DNA from: Eledone cirrhosa
Lineage: Eukaryota
Direction: 5' to 3'
Assembly: GCA_964016885.1 (NCBI GenBank)
Contig: OZ024740.1
Coordinates: 402,318,001 to 402,382,000, forward strand
DNA: 64,000 nucleotides
The first letter of the stretch is position 1. Each line of letters starts with the position of its first letter. A model generated the notes under the pieces. The model did not search any database. It worked only from the letters and a program-made list of their open reading frames with translations, and had not been told where the DNA came from. Both the position numbers and the translations under genes were made by a program. This document shows positions 63,675-64,000 of the stretch, in pieces.

Positions 63675-64000
63675 GTGTGTGTGTAAGAACAATAAATGAA
63701 TCATCGGCACTTATAGAAAGAAAGAAGAGTACTATTGATATGAACGGAAAAGCATATTACTCCAAGGTACAACATTATACAAATACAGAAAGACATGCGT
63801 GCTGTGGTATTAAAGAAAATCTCAAACTTAAAGAAATATGTGTAAAATAGCTCTGATGAGGAAAACAGTAACACAGACAAAAATTACTAAATGAATTAAT
63901 TTTTGTGGAAACCGTTACATAGATTAACGAATGGTTTCAAATGATGGACAAACTTTTAGAAAGAAGTCTATTCTATTTAGCATAAAAACAGAGACAGTAA

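Overview
AT-rich, microsatellite-dense animal DNA. The SINE and repeat content looks cephalopod/Octopus-like, but that is an inference. I found no host protein-coding gene. Positions 1-19.9 kb are a nest of non-LTR retrotransposons in which L1/Tx1-type elements (APE-RT-CCHC, always on -) alternate with R4/Dong-type elements (RT-CCHC-RLE, always on +). Nearly every junction is an (AAT)n tract, and the nest ends beside decayed tRNA-Ala repeats. The two full-length Tx1 copies have near-identical ORF2 but divergent 5'UTR/ORF1 modules. Both keep a GT..AG segment of 52/53 nt whose removal would fuse ORF1 in frame to ORF2. Positions 20-64 kb hold (TA)n/(CA)n and trinucleotide tracts, tRNA-derived SINEs, a Penelope-like GIY-YIG remnant, decayed Tx1 and Dong fragments, and many fold-back elements embedded in (TA)n. 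Several of these fold-backs carry hammerhead-ribozyme cores with covarying stems. Boundaries were read by eye and are approximate for degenerate elements.
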